Source: an uncultured Alphaproteobacteria bacterium (GTDB taxonomy: Bacteria; Pseudomonadota; Alphaproteobacteria; Rhodospirillales; Rhodospirillaceae). Taken from it: a stretch of DNA of 24,000 nt. The DNA is taken from assembly GCA_900079695.1 (NCBI GenBank), contig LT599022.1:142222-166221 (forward strand), read 5' to 3'. This document shows, piece by piece, positions 23,371 through 24,000 of the stretch. The notes beneath the pieces are model-generated. The model was not told where the DNA came from, made no database searches, and saw only the letters and a list, made by a program, of their open reading frames with translations. Made by a program: the position numbers and the translations under genes. Position 1 is the stretch's first letter; every line of letters begins with the position of its first letter.

Positions 23371-23627
23371 GGCGATGGCCGGGGGCGCGGGGCTTTCCTC
23401 GCCGGTCGCCTTCCGGTCGTGCCGAGAAGATATCGCGGCGATGAATCGGATGGTTTCGGCAGGTGCCGGACGGTACCGGGGCCGGGCCGTCGGCTCGGGG
23501 CCTCCCCGATGGCCGACAAGCTGGTGGATCGGACCGACAATCTGCGCGTCGAAATCGGGTACCTGACCGCACGGCGCTTCGACGCCGCGCGGATCGGCGC
23601 GGCGCTCGAAACCCCGAAGCTCCGACG

Positions 23628-24000
23628 TCAGACCGCGAGCGCCTGGGCGCGCGCGCGGGCATCGAGGGTGGCGAAGAAGTGGTCCACCGCCACCATCGTC
23701 GCGGCGTCGCAGTGCAGCGCCAGGGTGTCCGGCCCGGGGGCGTCGCGCGCAGCGCGCAGCGGCCGGGTCGCCGCCAGCAACAGTGCCAGCGCCTGCCGCT
23801 CGCCGAACGTCCAGTCGCGCTCGGCGGCGTTCGGGGCAGGGGGCGCGTGGGCGTCGACGATCGCCATCAGCCACGCGAGGCGGCGGTCGAAATCGCCGAA
23901 GTGGCGCACCAGCGCCAGCCCCGCGTCCTCCTGAATCGCCGCGCACTCCGGGTCGTGCGCCAGCGCCGCCCAGTCCGCCTCGCCCCGCTCGGGGGATAGA
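23628..24000 (-). CDS. Hypothetical protein, 5'-truncated by the window edge
   Basis: My manual translation shows the minus-strand frame of the 93-aa track ORF stays open upstream of its GTG to position 24000 (...PERGEADWAALAHDPECAAIQEDAGLALVRHFGDF...). No family recognised. Confidence 0.4.
   Translation of the reverse strand, partial: LSPERGEADWAALAHDPECAAIQEDAGLALVRHFGDFDRRLAWLMAIVDAHAPPAPNAAERDWTFGERQALALLLAATRPLRAARDAPGPDTLALHCDAATMVAVDHFFATLDARARAQALAV

Noticed and set aside
20680-23946. 1088-aa minus-strand ORF, and 18872..20377(-) of 501 aa
   Set aside because: These are antisense to DAHP synthase/NAPRTase and to ZIP/ppnP respectively, with shadow-ORF composition.
1-24000. Search for tRNA/rRNA genes, CRISPR arrays, IS elements and integrases
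   Set aside because: I saw no T-loop/anticodon-arm-like structures in the intergenic regions and no regularly spaced short repeats. No DDE or tyrosine/serine recombinase-like ORFs appear among the translations.

Overview
High-G+C, proteobacterial-style chromosomal segment in two parts. No rRNA, tRNA, CRISPR array, integrase or transposase was recognised.

The left ~7.5 kb (1-7460) is a mosaic accessory patch with visibly lower G+C. It contains:
- a Pol-beta-type nucleotidyltransferase with an overlapping small ORF;
- a TcmP / DUF5131 (three-Cys, phage Gp37/Gp68 family) / XRE cassette, bracketed by two direct copies of a 67-bp GC-rich repeat;
- an orphan amino-type (NPPF) DNA methyltransferase with a large N-terminal extension;
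- a hicAB cassette bracketed by a diverged ~204-bp duplication of the methyltransferase 3' end;
- a C12 homopolymer, a truncated antidote remnant and a toxin-first RelE/XRE pair.

From 7531 to 12242 there is a translationally coupled five-gene envelope operon: LolD/MacB-type ATPase, FtsX-type permease, a secreted FGE/SUMF1-fold protein lacking the catalytic cysteines and carrying a helical tail, a glycine-zipper coiled-coil lipoprotein, and a second coiled-coil lipoprotein.

The remainder looks like housekeeping: sbp-cysTWA sulfate ABC transporter, secreted S1 protease, GH4 glycosidase, ZIP metal permease, ppnP, class II DAHP synthase and an NAPRTase-family enzyme.

The two best candidates for an undescribed system are the TcmP-DUF5131-XRE cassette and the ABC/FtsX/FGE-like/lipoprotein operon. 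Many very long ORFs in the track are antisense or read-through shadows typical of high-G+C DNA and were rejected. All family assignments are from motif recognition by eye and need HMM or structure confirmation.
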